A DNA stretch of 64,000 nt. It comes from Candidatus Latescibacterota bacterium (GTDB taxonomy: Bacteria > Latescibacterota > UBA2968 > GCA-2709665). Below, piece after piece: positions 47,504 to 57,013 of this stretch. Numbering within the stretch: position 1 is the stretch's first letter; every line of letters starts with the position of its first letter. The stretch lies in the NCBI GenBank assembly GCA_965248435.1, contig OZ252100.1, forward strand, positions 5,248,001 to 5,312,000. The letters run 5' to 3'. A model generated the notes under the pieces. The model was not told where the DNA came from and searched no databases. It was given only the letters and a program-made list of their open reading frames with translations. A program made the position numbers and the translations under genes.

Positions 47504-48229
47504 ATGAGGTACTGCAAGCACGGCCTGAGCAGGTATATCCTTTACGGCGTTATCTCAGGAATGAGTCTGTTGCTGTTGACCGCGTGCGCGGAACTTACGC
47601 CTTCTCCGCTTTCGCCACAGCAGACAGCCCAACTCGATCAGGCTGCGCTAAGCAGTTCCGGTTCCGTCAGTTTTGTTTTCTCCCCCGGTTCCCCTGATCC
47701 ATCGAGGGCATCGATGCCGGCAGGCAAGCTCGCTGACACGAAGACCGAATCCAGGACGGCCTCGGGGAAGATCACACCGAGACGTGGTGGAAAACTTCGG
47801 GTCAAATTCGATCGACGCGACGACGATGGCGACGATGATGATGGCGACGACGATGATCGTGATGACGACGGCGTTCGAGTCAAAAGTGCGACCTTCGTGG
47901 TGAAACGGGGTTCGATAGAGGAAGCGCACAGGATCAGAATGAGAGTCACTTCAGGGTCTACCCTTGATGACGTGTCGGTGGAATTCACGCCTTCAGGTCT
48001 CTCGTTCGATCCGCCCGCAAGACTCACGATTATCCTTGTCGGCGAGCTGGATGAGGAGGACCTCGAGAACCTCCACGTTTGGCACATCGAAGGGGACAAG
48101 GCCACCGAAGTACCGGTCAAGATTTCGTCTGACGATGATGAATGGGAACTTGTCATAGAAGTGCCCGGATTCTCTTGGTACGATTTGGGCGGGGATGAAG
48201 GGTGTGGTTGGGTTGGATTCTGTTACTGA
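47504..48229 (+). CDS. Lipoprotein with a ZU5-like domain and Asp-rich insert
   Basis: AGGAGG RBS; lipobox LTAC; ITPRRGGKL...VEFTPSGLSFDPPARLTI...VPGFSWY; D-rich tract. Confidence 0.7.
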   Translation: MRYCKHGLSRYILYGVISGMSLLLLTACAELTPSPLSPQQTAQLDQAALSSSGSVSFVFSPGSPDPSRASMPAGKLADTKTESRTASGKITPRRGGKLRVKFDRRDDDGDDDDGDDDDRDDDGVRVKSATFVVKRGSIEEAHRIRMRVTSGSTLDDVSVEFTPSGLSFDPPARLTIILVGELDEEDLENLHVWHIEGDKATEVPVKISSDDDEWELVIEVPGFSWYDLGGDEGCGWVGFCY

Positions 48230-48277
48230 CTGAGCAAAGGCGTCAGCGTTTCCATATTCTAGAAATCCATATCGAGG

Positions 48278-49468
48278 GTGAAAGAATTGCAGATTTCAAC
48301 CATTCAAGCCTTGATCGAGAGACTCTCTGAATTCCGGAGGGAGGAGGAGGTTGACGACCTCCTTCAGAGTATTGTTTCGGAAGCGGCTCCAACGGAGCAT
48401 CATCTTCGACAGATTGAACAGGTTTTGGAAACCTTTGCAGGGTTGGCGGGGGCGGAGCAGCAGGATGCACCCGATCTCTTGCTTACCCTGGGTCGGACCT
48501 ACGAACGGTTGTCACACCTCGAAAAGGCACGTGAAACCTATGAGAAGGCCCTTAATCTGGCCGAAGGTCGCGATGAGCCGGCGTTCGTGGCGATTTTGCA
48601 TTGTCGACTCGGGAGAGTGTTATCCCGACAAGACAGCTGGGATGGGGCCCTAGGTCATCTCGATCTTAGCGAGAACGCGTTTCGTGAACTGGACGACGAA
48701 GGTGGATTGGCCAGAGTGGCGATAAATCGGGGTGTCGTCTTTCACGAGCGTGGGGATTACGACAGAGCAGCGGAACTCTACAGCGAGGCCCTGGATCTTG
48801 CTCGGAAAACTGGAGACAGAAAGATCGTGGCGAACGCCAGCAACAACCTCGCGGTACTAGCGACCATTCGAGGCGATTTGAGCGATGCCGTGGCCCAGTA
48901 TCAGGCCTGCCTGTCCGTCTCCGACCAGCTTTCAGACCAGCGTGTGAAGGCCCGCATCTATTACAATCTGGGCATGACGTACGTGGCTATGAATGACTGG
49001 AACGGAGCAACAGACTGTTATGAACGGTGTCTGGAGGTTGCACAGGAAGCTGGTTTGGTAGATGTCACGGCAAATGTTTACCGTTGCAGGGCGGAGCTAC
49101 TGCTCGAGTTAGGTGATAGCTCGATGGCCGCAACCTGTTGTGCCCGTGCCCTGGAGATTTACAGGGAAACCGGGGACAGACTCAGGGAGGCGGATGCCTA
49201 TAGGTGTCTGGGCAGGGTATTTACGCTAAAGCGGCAATGGAGCGTGGCTGATAGCCTTTTTCAGCACAGCTTGCGTCTGAATGAAGAATATCAACATCCC
49301 CTGGGAGTTGCCGAAGCACGGAGGGATCAGGGGAAGATGCAGATGGCCAGGAACCGCAAGACAGACGCTCGGACGTCTTTCGAAGTGGCCCTCTCCGACT
49401 TCCGTGGGTTGGGTGTGCAGGCGTCGGTCAGAGAAGTCGAGGGTCTACTCGGGACACTTGACAACTAG
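48278..49468 (+). CDS. Tetratricopeptide repeat protein (TPR-A)
   Basis: Repeated A..YNLG..Y...A...Y.RAL patterns. Confidence 0.88.
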   Translation: MKELQISTIQALIERLSEFRREEEVDDLLQSIVSEAAPTEHHLRQIEQVLETFAGLAGAEQQDAPDLLLTLGRTYERLSHLEKARETYEKALNLAEGRDEPAFVAILHCRLGRVLSRQDSWDGALGHLDLSENAFRELDDEGGLARVAINRGVVFHERGDYDRAAELYSEALDLARKTGDRKIVANASNNLAVLATIRGDLSDAVAQYQACLSVSDQLSDQRVKARIYYNLGMTYVAMNDWNGATDCYERCLEVAQEAGLVDVTANVYRCRAELLLELGDSSMAATCCARALEIYRETGDRLREADAYRCLGRVFTLKRQWSVADSLFQHSLRLNEEYQHPLGVAEARRDQGKMQMARNRKTDARTSFEVALSDFRGLGVQASVREVEGLLGTLDN

Positions 49469-49572
49469 CGAGTTTGCGTTTCGTAGCTTTTCTTAGAAAG
49501 CGGCCTACCGGCCGCTTTATTTGCATTGGTTCGGTCTTTCATTTACCAAACCAACTCGTCAGCGAGAAGCTT

Positions 49573-52500
49573 ATGGTGAATGGTGTATTGACTGGAGAAA
49601 AAATCGGGCAGTATGAGGTCCGAGAAAGAATCGGCCAGGGCGCGATGGGCACGGTCTACCGTGCCTGCGATACATCGCTGCAGCGAGAGGTGGCAATCAA
49701 GGTTCTTTCCACGATTGCTTCGCCGACGCCGAGGGAAGTCGAACGATTCTACCGAGAGGCGCGTGCTGCCGCGGGACTGTCTCATCCAAACGTAGTTTCT
49801 GTACACCAAATCGGGGAACACAACGGGGCTTACTACTTCGTTATGGAGCTCTGTGAGGGTGATTCCTTGCGAGAGCTGGTCCGGTCCGGAAAAAGGATGC
49901 CGTGGCGAAAGGGCCTGGACGTCGCGGTCCAGGTGTGCCGGGCTCTCGAGGCGGCCCACGGTCGGGACCTTCTTCACCGGGACATCAAGCCGGACAACGT
50001 CTGGCTGCTCTCGGACGGGCTTGTAAAGGTCCTGGACTTCGGGATCGTCCGCTTTTCGGCCGCGCAGACCCTTACGCAGGAAGGGGACGCGCTCGGGACC
50101 CCGGAGTATATGTCACCCGAGCAGATCCTGGGCGAAGAGCTGGATGCCAGATGCGACGTCTACGCTGTCGGGATTCTGATGTACGAGCTGTTTACAGGCC
50201 ATCCACCGTTTACCGGACCCAACCCGGTAACGATCATCTACAAGCAGATGGAGGAAGACCCCACACCGCCCGGCCAACTCTCCGGAGATCTGCCGATCGC
50301 CCTGGAGAGAATCATCCTGAAGGCGATCTCCAAGGATCGGGCTGAGCGCTATCCGTCCGCTGCCCGGATGCGTGAGGAGATGGAGGCACTACTGGAAGGC
50401 CGGGAAGCGGCGGACGTAGAAACAGGAGAACTTCCGGAAGAAAGGGCCAAGAAGACCGGCATTCGATTTGAATGCCGGCTGGTCGGGCGAGAAGACGAAC
50501 TGGGGTTGCTGAAACAGGCCGTGGATCGTCTTGATTCGGAGGCCGGGGGCTGCGTCCTGATCGGGGGGGAGGCGGGCATCGGGAAGACGCGGCTGGCCGG
50601 AGAGGCCATGGCCTATGCCCGGCGGAAGGGCGCTATGGTCTTTCAGGGATCGTGCCTCTACAGCGATGGACCCGACCCATATGCGCCCTTCATCCAGGCC
50701 CTGGAGGAGGCGCTGACGGCCGGCGACGAGGATGGGCAGAAACGGTTGCTCGCCTTCATTCGAGATGAGGCCCCGGAACTCCGAGAGCTCACTTCGCGGT
50801 TGATGACGGCAATAAACACCCGGCTGACCGGGAACCCGTTCGAATCCACGGAAACAGGGGTCGTCTCCAGGGAGCGTCTGTTCGAGGCGGTTTCGCAGAC
50901 GCTCTTGTTTCTTTCTGGCGAAAGACCGGTCGTGCTGCTCCTGGACGATCTCCAATGGGCGGACAGCGGCACCCTGCAGCTTCTACACTATGTCTTGCGC
51001 TACGCCTCCGAGCGGCGTCTCCTCATACTGGGGACGGTCCGTTCGGAGGACCTGCTCCCCGACAGGGAGGGAGAGGCACATCCCGTCGCTGACGCGCTGC
51101 AGCGGATGAACACGGAAGGTCTTATCCAGAAGGTGGAGCTCAGTGGGCTCGACCATCGCGGCGTCAGCCTGATGGCGAGGTTCATCTTTCGGCGGGCCCT
51201 GTTTTCTTCCGGGTTTCGAGCTTCGCTCTACAAGGAAACGGGCGGGAATCCGCTCTTCGTCCTAGAGGTCCTCAGGCTTCTTCGGGACGAGGGGATCATC
51301 TATGAGCGGAAGGGCATATGGCGTGAGCGGCGTGAGATAACGAGTGAGGATATTCCGGATCGGGTCTATGACGTCGTCGTTCGGCGAATCGAAAGGCTCG
51401 CGGAGAACCAGCGGGAGCTTCTGCAGCTTGCCGCGGTAGCAGGCGAGAGTTTCGGTTCAACGATGCTTTCCAGCATCTCAGGGGAAGAACGGGTCCCCGT
51501 CCTCCGGAAACTGGACCGTATGGAGCGGAAACATCAGCTTCTGCGTTCTGATGGGGAGGCTTACACCTTCAGCCACCCCAAGATCAGGGAGATCCTTTAC
51601 GAAGAAATCTCGGACGAACTGAGGCAGGAATACCACCTCATTTCCGGGAAATATTTGGAAGACCAGGCCGGGAAGGGCGCGAGAATCCCGGTTGGAGATC
51701 TTGCACGCCACTTCTTTCACGGGGGTGTGCCCGAAAAGGCCCTACCCTACCTCATTCGCGCTGGAGATCAGGCCACTCGCATGTTCGCTTTCAGAGAAGC
51801 GCTGGATCTCTACAGGTGGGCGTCTCAGTCGCTTACCTCGCGAAAACAATCACCGGAAACAATCAGGCTTAGTGCTTCGCTGCAATTTAGACTCGGCGGA
51901 GTATGTAAAAGATTAGGGGAAATTGAGGCGGCCCTCGATTACTTAACCTGCGCCGAAAACCTGGCACAGGGCGTGGCTGATCACAGGCTGATGGGGGAAG
52001 CCCAACTTGCCAAGGGGCAGATTCACTTCCGCTCAGGAAACTACGAGCTGGCGACTCAGCAGTACCAAGAATCCGCGAACCATTTCAGATTGGCGGGTGA
52101 TCTGAAGTCCGTCTGTTCAGTGCTTGTCAGTGCCGCTAATATCCCTTTTGAACAAGGAAAGTGGAGCAGTGTAGAAGCGTACTATACTCGGGCACTTGAG
52201 ATTGCTAGAGAATCCAGAGACCGACGCGAGATTGCCAAGATAAACATGAACCTGGGAATTATGGCGAGTATTCGCGGGAACGGGGAACGGGCACTCAAGC
52301 ACTACGAGAAAAGCAGACGAACTTTCGAGAAGCTGAAGGATTGGCAGAACCTGGCCAAGGTCTCCGTGAACGAAGGGTGGTTCTACGCAGGAAGGAAGGA
52401 CTGGCCCCGCGCCCAGCAAGCCTACAACGATGCCCTCTCGATCTGTAAGAAGACACGTAATATCGCGTCTGAGGCGAAGTGCTTCCTGAATCTTGCTGAA

Positions 52501-52887
52501 GTGATGTTAGAAACCCACGACCTCAAGGGTAGTAAACGCGCCTGCTTGAGGGCCCTGGAGATTTTCGATAAGATGGACAATAAGCTGCCGACCGCAGAAG
52601 TTTACAAGACCCTCGGGCAGGTAGCGAGAATCGAGCGTAAATGGGAAGAGGCCCGTACCTATTTCGAGAAAAGCATCTCGATAGGCGAATCTTTAAGAAG
52701 CCCGCAATCCGGAGGGGCTCACCTGGAATATTCCCGGATGCTCAAGGACATGGGCGACTTGAAATCCGCCGAGGAAGAGGCTGAACACTCAGTCTTCTGG
52801 TATGAAAAGATGGGAGCGAAGGAGGAGTTGAAGCTGGCAGCGACCCTGAAGAGGGAAGTCCAGGCCCTTCAAATTGCCTCGAATTGA
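49573..52887 (+). CDS. Ser/Thr kinase - AAA/STAND-like ATPase - TPR protein
   Basis: GQGAMG, VAIK, HRDIKPDN, DFG and GTPEYMSPE; GEAGIGKT, LLLDDLQWAD and TGGNP; C-terminal TPRs; likely start is ATG 49573. Confidence 0.92.
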   Translation: MVNGVLTGEKIGQYEVRERIGQGAMGTVYRACDTSLQREVAIKVLSTIASPTPREVERFYREARAAAGLSHPNVVSVHQIGEHNGAYYFVMELCEGDSLRELVRSGKRMPWRKGLDVAVQVCRALEAAHGRDLLHRDIKPDNVWLLSDGLVKVLDFGIVRFSAAQTLTQEGDALGTPEYMSPEQILGEELDARCDVYAVGILMYELFTGHPPFTGPNPVTIIYKQMEEDPTPPGQLSGDLPIALERIILKAISKDRAERYPSAARMREEMEALLEGREAADVETGELPEERAKKTGIRFECRLVGREDELGLLKQAVDRLDSEAGGCVLIGGEAGIGKTRLAGEAMAYARRKGAMVFQGSCLYSDGPDPYAPFIQALEEALTAGDEDGQKRLLAFIRDEAPELRELTSRLMTAINTRLTGNPFESTETGVVSRERLFEAVSQTLLFLSGERPVVLLLDDLQWADSGTLQLLHYVLRYASERRLLILGTVRSEDLLPDREGEAHPVADALQRMNTEGLIQKVELSGLDHRGVSLMARFIFRRALFSSGFRASLYKETGGNPLFVLEVLRLLRDEGIIYERKGIWRERREITSEDIPDRVYDVVVRRIERLAENQRELLQLAAVAGESFGSTMLSSISGEERVPVLRKLDRMERKHQLLRSDGEAYTFSHPKIREILYEEISDELRQEYHLISGKYLEDQAGKGARIPVGDLARHFFHGGVPEKALPYLIRAGDQATRMFAFREALDLYRWASQSLTSRKQSPETIRLSASLQFRLGGVCKRLGEIEAALDYLTCAENLAQGVADHRLMGEAQLAKGQIHFRSGNYELATQQYQESANHFRLAGDLKSVCSVLVSAANIPFEQGKWSSVEAYYTRALEIARESRDRREIAKINMNLGIMASIRGNGERALKHYEKSRRTFEKLKDWQNLAKVSVNEGWFYAGRKDWPRAQQAYNDALSICKKTRNIASEAKCFLNLAEVMLETHDLKGSKRACLRALEIFDKMDNKLPTAEVYKTLGQVARIERKWEEARTYFEKSISIGESLRSPQSGGAHLEYSRMLKDMGDLKSAEEEAEHSVFWYEKMGAKEELKLAATLKREVQALQIASN

Positions 52888-52959
52888 CAAAAACCAAATC
52901 TGATCGGAATCGTGATCGACAAATAGTTCATTGTGCGTTTCGGACTATGGTTAGTCCTA

Positions 52960-54014
52960 CCCGAGTTCAATAAGGAAGTGCAACACTTAGGGTAGCAACT
53001 GTCCTATCCTAAGTGTATGGGAAACAATTACAAGCATCTTACGATAGACGAACGCGAGCAGATTGCGCTTTGTCGAGCCACTGGTGCAAGCCTTAGAGAT
53101 ATTGCCAAGGCCCTTGACCGGAGCGCCAGCACGATTTCAAGAGAGTTGAAACGTAATCCGTCCCCGATAGCTGAGAGTTACTCGGGCCTCCAGGCTCACA
53201 GAAGGGCTGAGAAACGTAAGCGGGAGGCCGGCAAGCGGAAACGGCTGAAGAATCCGGTTATCCGGCGATATGTCGAGACCAAACTCAAGCAAGGATGGTC
53301 TCCCGAGTTGATCGCTGGGAGGCTTCCCGAGGAGCGTCCGAGCGCGGGTATCAGCCACGAAGCCATCTACCAGTATATCTACGATCCAAAGGTGCACAAG
53401 CAGCGGGATCTGGTTGCTTGCTTATCCCGAGCTCACAAAAAACGAAAGCCGCGGTGGCATACCCGAAAACACCGGGAAAGCCACATTCCAGGCCGTATTT
53501 CGATCGATCGACGTCCCCGTTACATCGAAAAACGGAAACAACCTGGCCACTGGGAATCCGACACCATCATCTCTCGAGAGAGCAAACAGGCCGTTGGCGC
53601 TTGTCTTGAGCGATCGTCGAGATACCTACACCTGGCTAAGCTGGCAAAGAACGGACCCTCGGAGGTCGCCGAAGCGATTAATCGACGCCTTGGGCGACAT
53701 CCTCCCCACATGAGGAAGAGCATCACATATGACAACGGATCCGAAAACGGCCAACATCAACGGGTCAACGAGGTGCTTGGCACCAAATCCTATTTCTGCA
53801 AACCGTTCCACAGCTGGGAGCGAGGCGCTGTGGAAAACGCTATCGGTCTGGTCCGCAGATACCTCCCCAAGAAGACAGACTTCTCAAAGGTCAGCAAACA
53901 CGAGTTAAAGAAAATTCAGAACCGGATCAACAACCGACCAAGAAAATGTCTTAACTTCAAAACACCAGCTGAAGTCTTCAAGTCCAAGTGTTGCACTTAG
54001 TCATTGAATCCAGC
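52960..54014 (+). mobile_element. IS30-family insertion sequence
   Basis: Imperfect ~29-bp IRs (ttcaat....aagtgcaacactt / aagtgttgcactt....attgaa) and CTA direct repeats at 52957-52959 and 54015-54017. Confidence 0.88.
53017..54000 (+). CDS. IS30 transposase
   Basis: HLTIDER, STISRELKRN, WSPELIAGR, GHWESDT, TYDNGSE, WERGAVEN and NNRPRKCL motifs. Confidence 0.95.
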   Translation: MGNNYKHLTIDEREQIALCRATGASLRDIAKALDRSASTISRELKRNPSPIAESYSGLQAHRRAEKRKREAGKRKRLKNPVIRRYVETKLKQGWSPELIAGRLPEERPSAGISHEAIYQYIYDPKVHKQRDLVACLSRAHKKRKPRWHTRKHRESHIPGRISIDRRPRYIEKRKQPGHWESDTIISRESKQAVGACLERSSRYLHLAKLAKNGPSEVAEAINRRLGRHPPHMRKSITYDNGSENGQHQRVNEVLGTKSYFCKPFHSWERGAVENAIGLVRRYLPKKTDFSKVSKHELKKIQNRINNRPRKCLNFKTPAEVFKSKCCT

Positions 54015-54036
54015 CTATTAAATAATAGAGTCTTGA

Positions 54037-54981
54037 ATGAACGAAGTTGATGCGCTTCGGCTGGAGCGGACCGCCCTCCTGGATGAACTCGAAACGATCT
54101 ACCGTCAGGTCGAGGTGGAGTTCTACGCCCGGGGGCGCGAACAGGAGATTACTTACCAGGAGCTGAGAGAGCGAAACAAGGAGCTCCAGAGACGGCTGGA
54201 CGAGCTGCAGGAGACGCAGCGCATGCTGATCCGCTCTGAGCGGCTTGCGGCCATGGGTGAGATGGCTGCGGCGATTGTGCACGAAATTCGGAATCCCCTG
54301 ACAGTCATCCTCGTGAGAACCGAAATGATGCAGGAGCACCGGGACCGTTCGGCGCAGAATCTGGAAATGATTCTAAGATCGGCGGAATACCTCAAAAAGC
54401 TGACCGAGAACGTACTCCACTTCTCCCGCGCCCAGATGGGGGATGCCCGGTCTCTCGACCTCAACGAGGTCGTGTTTGAGCTCGAGGCGTTCGTGAAGCC
54501 GATCGTCAGAAACGTGGAGATGCAGCTGGAGGTCGATCCTGAAATTCCCAAGGTCCTGGCCGATCCGAGCCAGGTCGAGCAGGTCCTGATGAATCTGGTC
54601 CTCAACGCCCTGGACGCCGTTGGATCGAATGGTCAAGTCACGCTCACAACCGGCAGGGGCAGTGTCGAGGAAACGGTGAAGCAAGAGATCGAGGCCAACC
54701 GACCACACAAACTGGCGATCGAGATGCGTGAAAGCGGTCTCGCGGGTGATTTCGCCTACGTCGAGGTCCGTGACAGGGGGCCGGGCATCAGGCCGGGAGA
54801 TCTGGACCACCTGTTCGAGGCGTTTTTTACGACTAAGGAGACGGGGAAGGGGACGGGCCTCGGACTCTCGATCGTCCGCACAATCGTCGCAGAATGGGGT
54901 GGGAATGTCCTTGTTGCCTCTACGGAAGGCGAGGGTACAAGCTTCAAGGTCTTCCTGCCCTGTGTCCGCGAAACTGCGTGA
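54037..54981 (+). CDS. Cytoplasmic histidine kinase without a sensor domain
   Basis: N-terminal coiled coil; IVHEIRNPL, QVLMNLVLNA, DRGPG and FFTTK..GTGLGL motifs. Confidence 0.9.
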   Translation: MNEVDALRLERTALLDELETIYRQVEVEFYARGREQEITYQELRERNKELQRRLDELQETQRMLIRSERLAAMGEMAAAIVHEIRNPLTVILVRTEMMQEHRDRSAQNLEMILRSAEYLKKLTENVLHFSRAQMGDARSLDLNEVVFELEAFVKPIVRNVEMQLEVDPEIPKVLADPSQVEQVLMNLVLNALDAVGSNGQVTLTTGRGSVEETVKQEIEANRPHKLAIEMRESGLAGDFAYVEVRDRGPGIRPGDLDHLFEAFFTTKETGKGTGLGLSIVRTIVAEWGGNVLVASTEGEGTSFKVFLPCVRETA

Positions 54982-55041
54982 GCAACGAGGGTGTAGTCCC
55001 CCGGTGACGCAGACTCCGACCTATTTCGCAGAAGGCTGAAG

Positions 55042-55356
55042 ATGCACGATACATACCCACAAGGTCTTACGTGCAGCATATGCAGCGCCAGCTACCAAGT
55101 CGGAGATCGCTACTGCCCGCAGTGTGGTGAACGGTGCTCCTCCGCCTACGCGCTGGAAGGGATGAGCACGCACAGATCCTTGAATATCCTTGAAATTCAG
55201 TACAGGCTTGGCATGGTCTACTTCAGGAAAGGCGACTATGTAAGGGCTGTCGCTGTCTGGGAAAAGGTCAAGAAGGGGCGTCCTCGCGACAGCAGATTGG
55301 ATGGTATACTGGATGATGCCAGAAGCCGTCTCCAGGAATCCGAAAGGGTTAGTTGA
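55042..55356 (+). CDS. Zn-ribbon + single TPR protein
   Basis: CSIC...YCPQCG; YRLGMVYFRKGDY..A...WEK. Confidence 0.78.
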   Translation: MHDTYPQGLTCSICSASYQVGDRYCPQCGERCSSAYALEGMSTHRSLNILEIQYRLGMVYFRKGDYVRAVAVWEKVKKGRPRDSRLDGILDDARSRLQESERVS

Positions 55357-55357
55357 G

Positions 55358-55735
55358 ATGAACTGTGTTTCGTGTGGACGTCGAAACGGGGAAGATGGAC
55401 GGTTCTGCACGGCCTGCGGGTCGTGCCTTTTGGAGAATGGTTTGGTCGCGCACCTCACCTGGGGCGAAGGCACGGCACAGAAGGAGTATCTCATCTCCGA
55501 AAAGGCGCGCTGTCTGGGCCGGGATGCGGAAGCCGACGTCATTCTTGACGACGATCAGGTCTCCAACCTGCATACCCGGATAATGCTGAACGGGGGTAAA
55601 TTCAAGATTGAGGACCTGGGCAGCCGGAACGGCACCTACGTGAATGGACAGAGGTGTGTGGATGATGAGGAGTTAGAGAACGGTGATTTAATCAAGATTG
55701 GGAGGACCATCATAAAATTTGTGATTTGTGGCTAA
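55358..55735 (+). CDS. Zn-ribbon + FHA domain protein
   Basis: CVSCG...FCTACG; LGR, VSNLH and DLGSRNGTYVNG; start is ATG 55358. Confidence 0.88.
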   Translation: MNCVSCGRRNGEDGRFCTACGSCLLENGLVAHLTWGEGTAQKEYLISEKARCLGRDAEADVILDDDQVSNLHTRIMLNGGKFKIEDLGSRNGTYVNGQRCVDDEELENGDLIKIGRTIIKFVICG

Positions 55736-55789
55736 TTACTAATCGAATCTAAGAACCGTCGATCGGCCGGAGGAGGAAGATCACGCTGT

Positions 55790-57013
55790 CTAATTCCGCT
55801 GTATCATTTGCAGTTTGGTGCGCTCAGTTTTCTCATCGAGGATTTTCTGGGTAACAAGGGCATCATAGTGCGCGCCCAACCTTTGGAAACCTTTTCGAGC
55901 TGTTTCCAAGAGGCTCGAGGCTGCTTCAATCTCTTTTTGTTCAGCGTAGAATACTCCAAGTTCGCGCTGCGCTTCGGCCTCCCCTAAGGGATCTTTGAAC
56001 TGTTGATAAAGGCGCAGGCTCTGCTCCAGGAGGCCCCGTGCCGTTGACCAGTCGCCCTTGTGTGTCAAAAGTCGTCCCAGAAATTTATAGACTTCCGCAA
56101 TGCCGAGAGAATAGTTTGTCTCTCGAAAAATATCGAGTGCCCTTGCGCATAAAGCCGCACCCATTGTATACTCTCCCATTTCTATGTATACAGCTCCTTT
56201 GTTCTCGTAGTTCAGCGCGACCGGGTGCATGTCTCCTCGTTCAAGGTTGATCTCAAGTGCCCTTTCAAAGGCCTCAAGGGCATCGTTCCATCTGTTTTCC
56301 TGCCTGTAGCACATTCCCAGGTTGTGGTAAATCTGTGCGACACCTCTAACGTTCCGCATTTGTTCGTGTAAGGCCAGGGCGTTCCGCAGGTACCCTTTAG
56401 CCTCATCAAAATCCCCACGTATGGTGCCAAGGATTCCGAGGTTCATGGTGACGTCAGCAATAATTGATGTAAGGTTAAACTGCTCCGCAGTCTCCAATGC
56501 TTGCAGGTAAGTAAGCTCCGCCGCAGCATGGTCCCCGCATTTCAGCTTTACGTTTGCCTGGAGAACTTTGCATCGTGTGTAGCCTTCATTGTCGTTCAAG
56601 GACGAAAAAATTTCAGCACTTCGTCGTAAATGTGCCTTCGCCTCTTCCCACCTGGAATGCTTGATCAGGATCGTGGCGATCTTGCGAAGTAGTGTCGCTT
56701 CTGCTGATCGATCATTCAATTGCTTTGCTAGAAGAAGTGCTTCCTCGTTGACGGAAAGCGCCTGCTCATAACAGCTCAAGGTGCGATAAGACTCGCCGAT
56801 ATTCATCAAGGAATTGAGGGTTTCAGACCGGTCCTGACTGCTCCGCAGCGCTATTTCCCTGTGGGTGCTGAGCACCTGATCAACCTTTTTGATCGCCTCT
56901 GCCGCCGAAACGTTGTCCTGAAGGGCTACAGCGAGCAGGGACTCGATGCGCGCCTTCCATTCAGGTTCGGACGGGTCAGGTACAGTCCGTTTGTTATCTT
57001 CATCCTGGTTCAA
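55790..57013 (-). CDS. Tetratricopeptide repeat protein (TPR-B), paralog of TPR-A
   Basis: NLGILGTIRGD, HNLGM, CARALDIFRET and PLGEAEA match TPR-A. Confidence 0.88.
   Translation of the reverse strand: MNQDEDNKRTVPDPSEPEWKARIESLLAVALQDNVSAAEAIKKVDQVLSTHREIALRSSQDRSETLNSLMNIGESYRTLSCYEQALSVNEEALLLAKQLNDRSAEATLLRKIATILIKHSRWEEAKAHLRRSAEIFSSLNDNEGYTRCKVLQANVKLKCGDHAAAELTYLQALETAEQFNLTSIIADVTMNLGILGTIRGDFDEAKGYLRNALALHEQMRNVRGVAQIYHNLGMCYRQENRWNDALEAFERALEINLERGDMHPVALNYENKGAVYIEMGEYTMGAALCARALDIFRETNYSLGIAEVYKFLGRLLTHKGDWSTARGLLEQSLRLYQQFKDPLGEAEAQRELGVFYAEQKEIEAASSLLETARKGFQRLGAHYDALVTQKILDEKTERTKLQMIQRN

Noticed and set aside
47818-47871. GAC/GAT tandem repeat as CRISPR or VNTR
   Set aside because: It is a low-complexity Asp-coding tract inside the lipoprotein; no CRISPR array or cas gene is seen in the window
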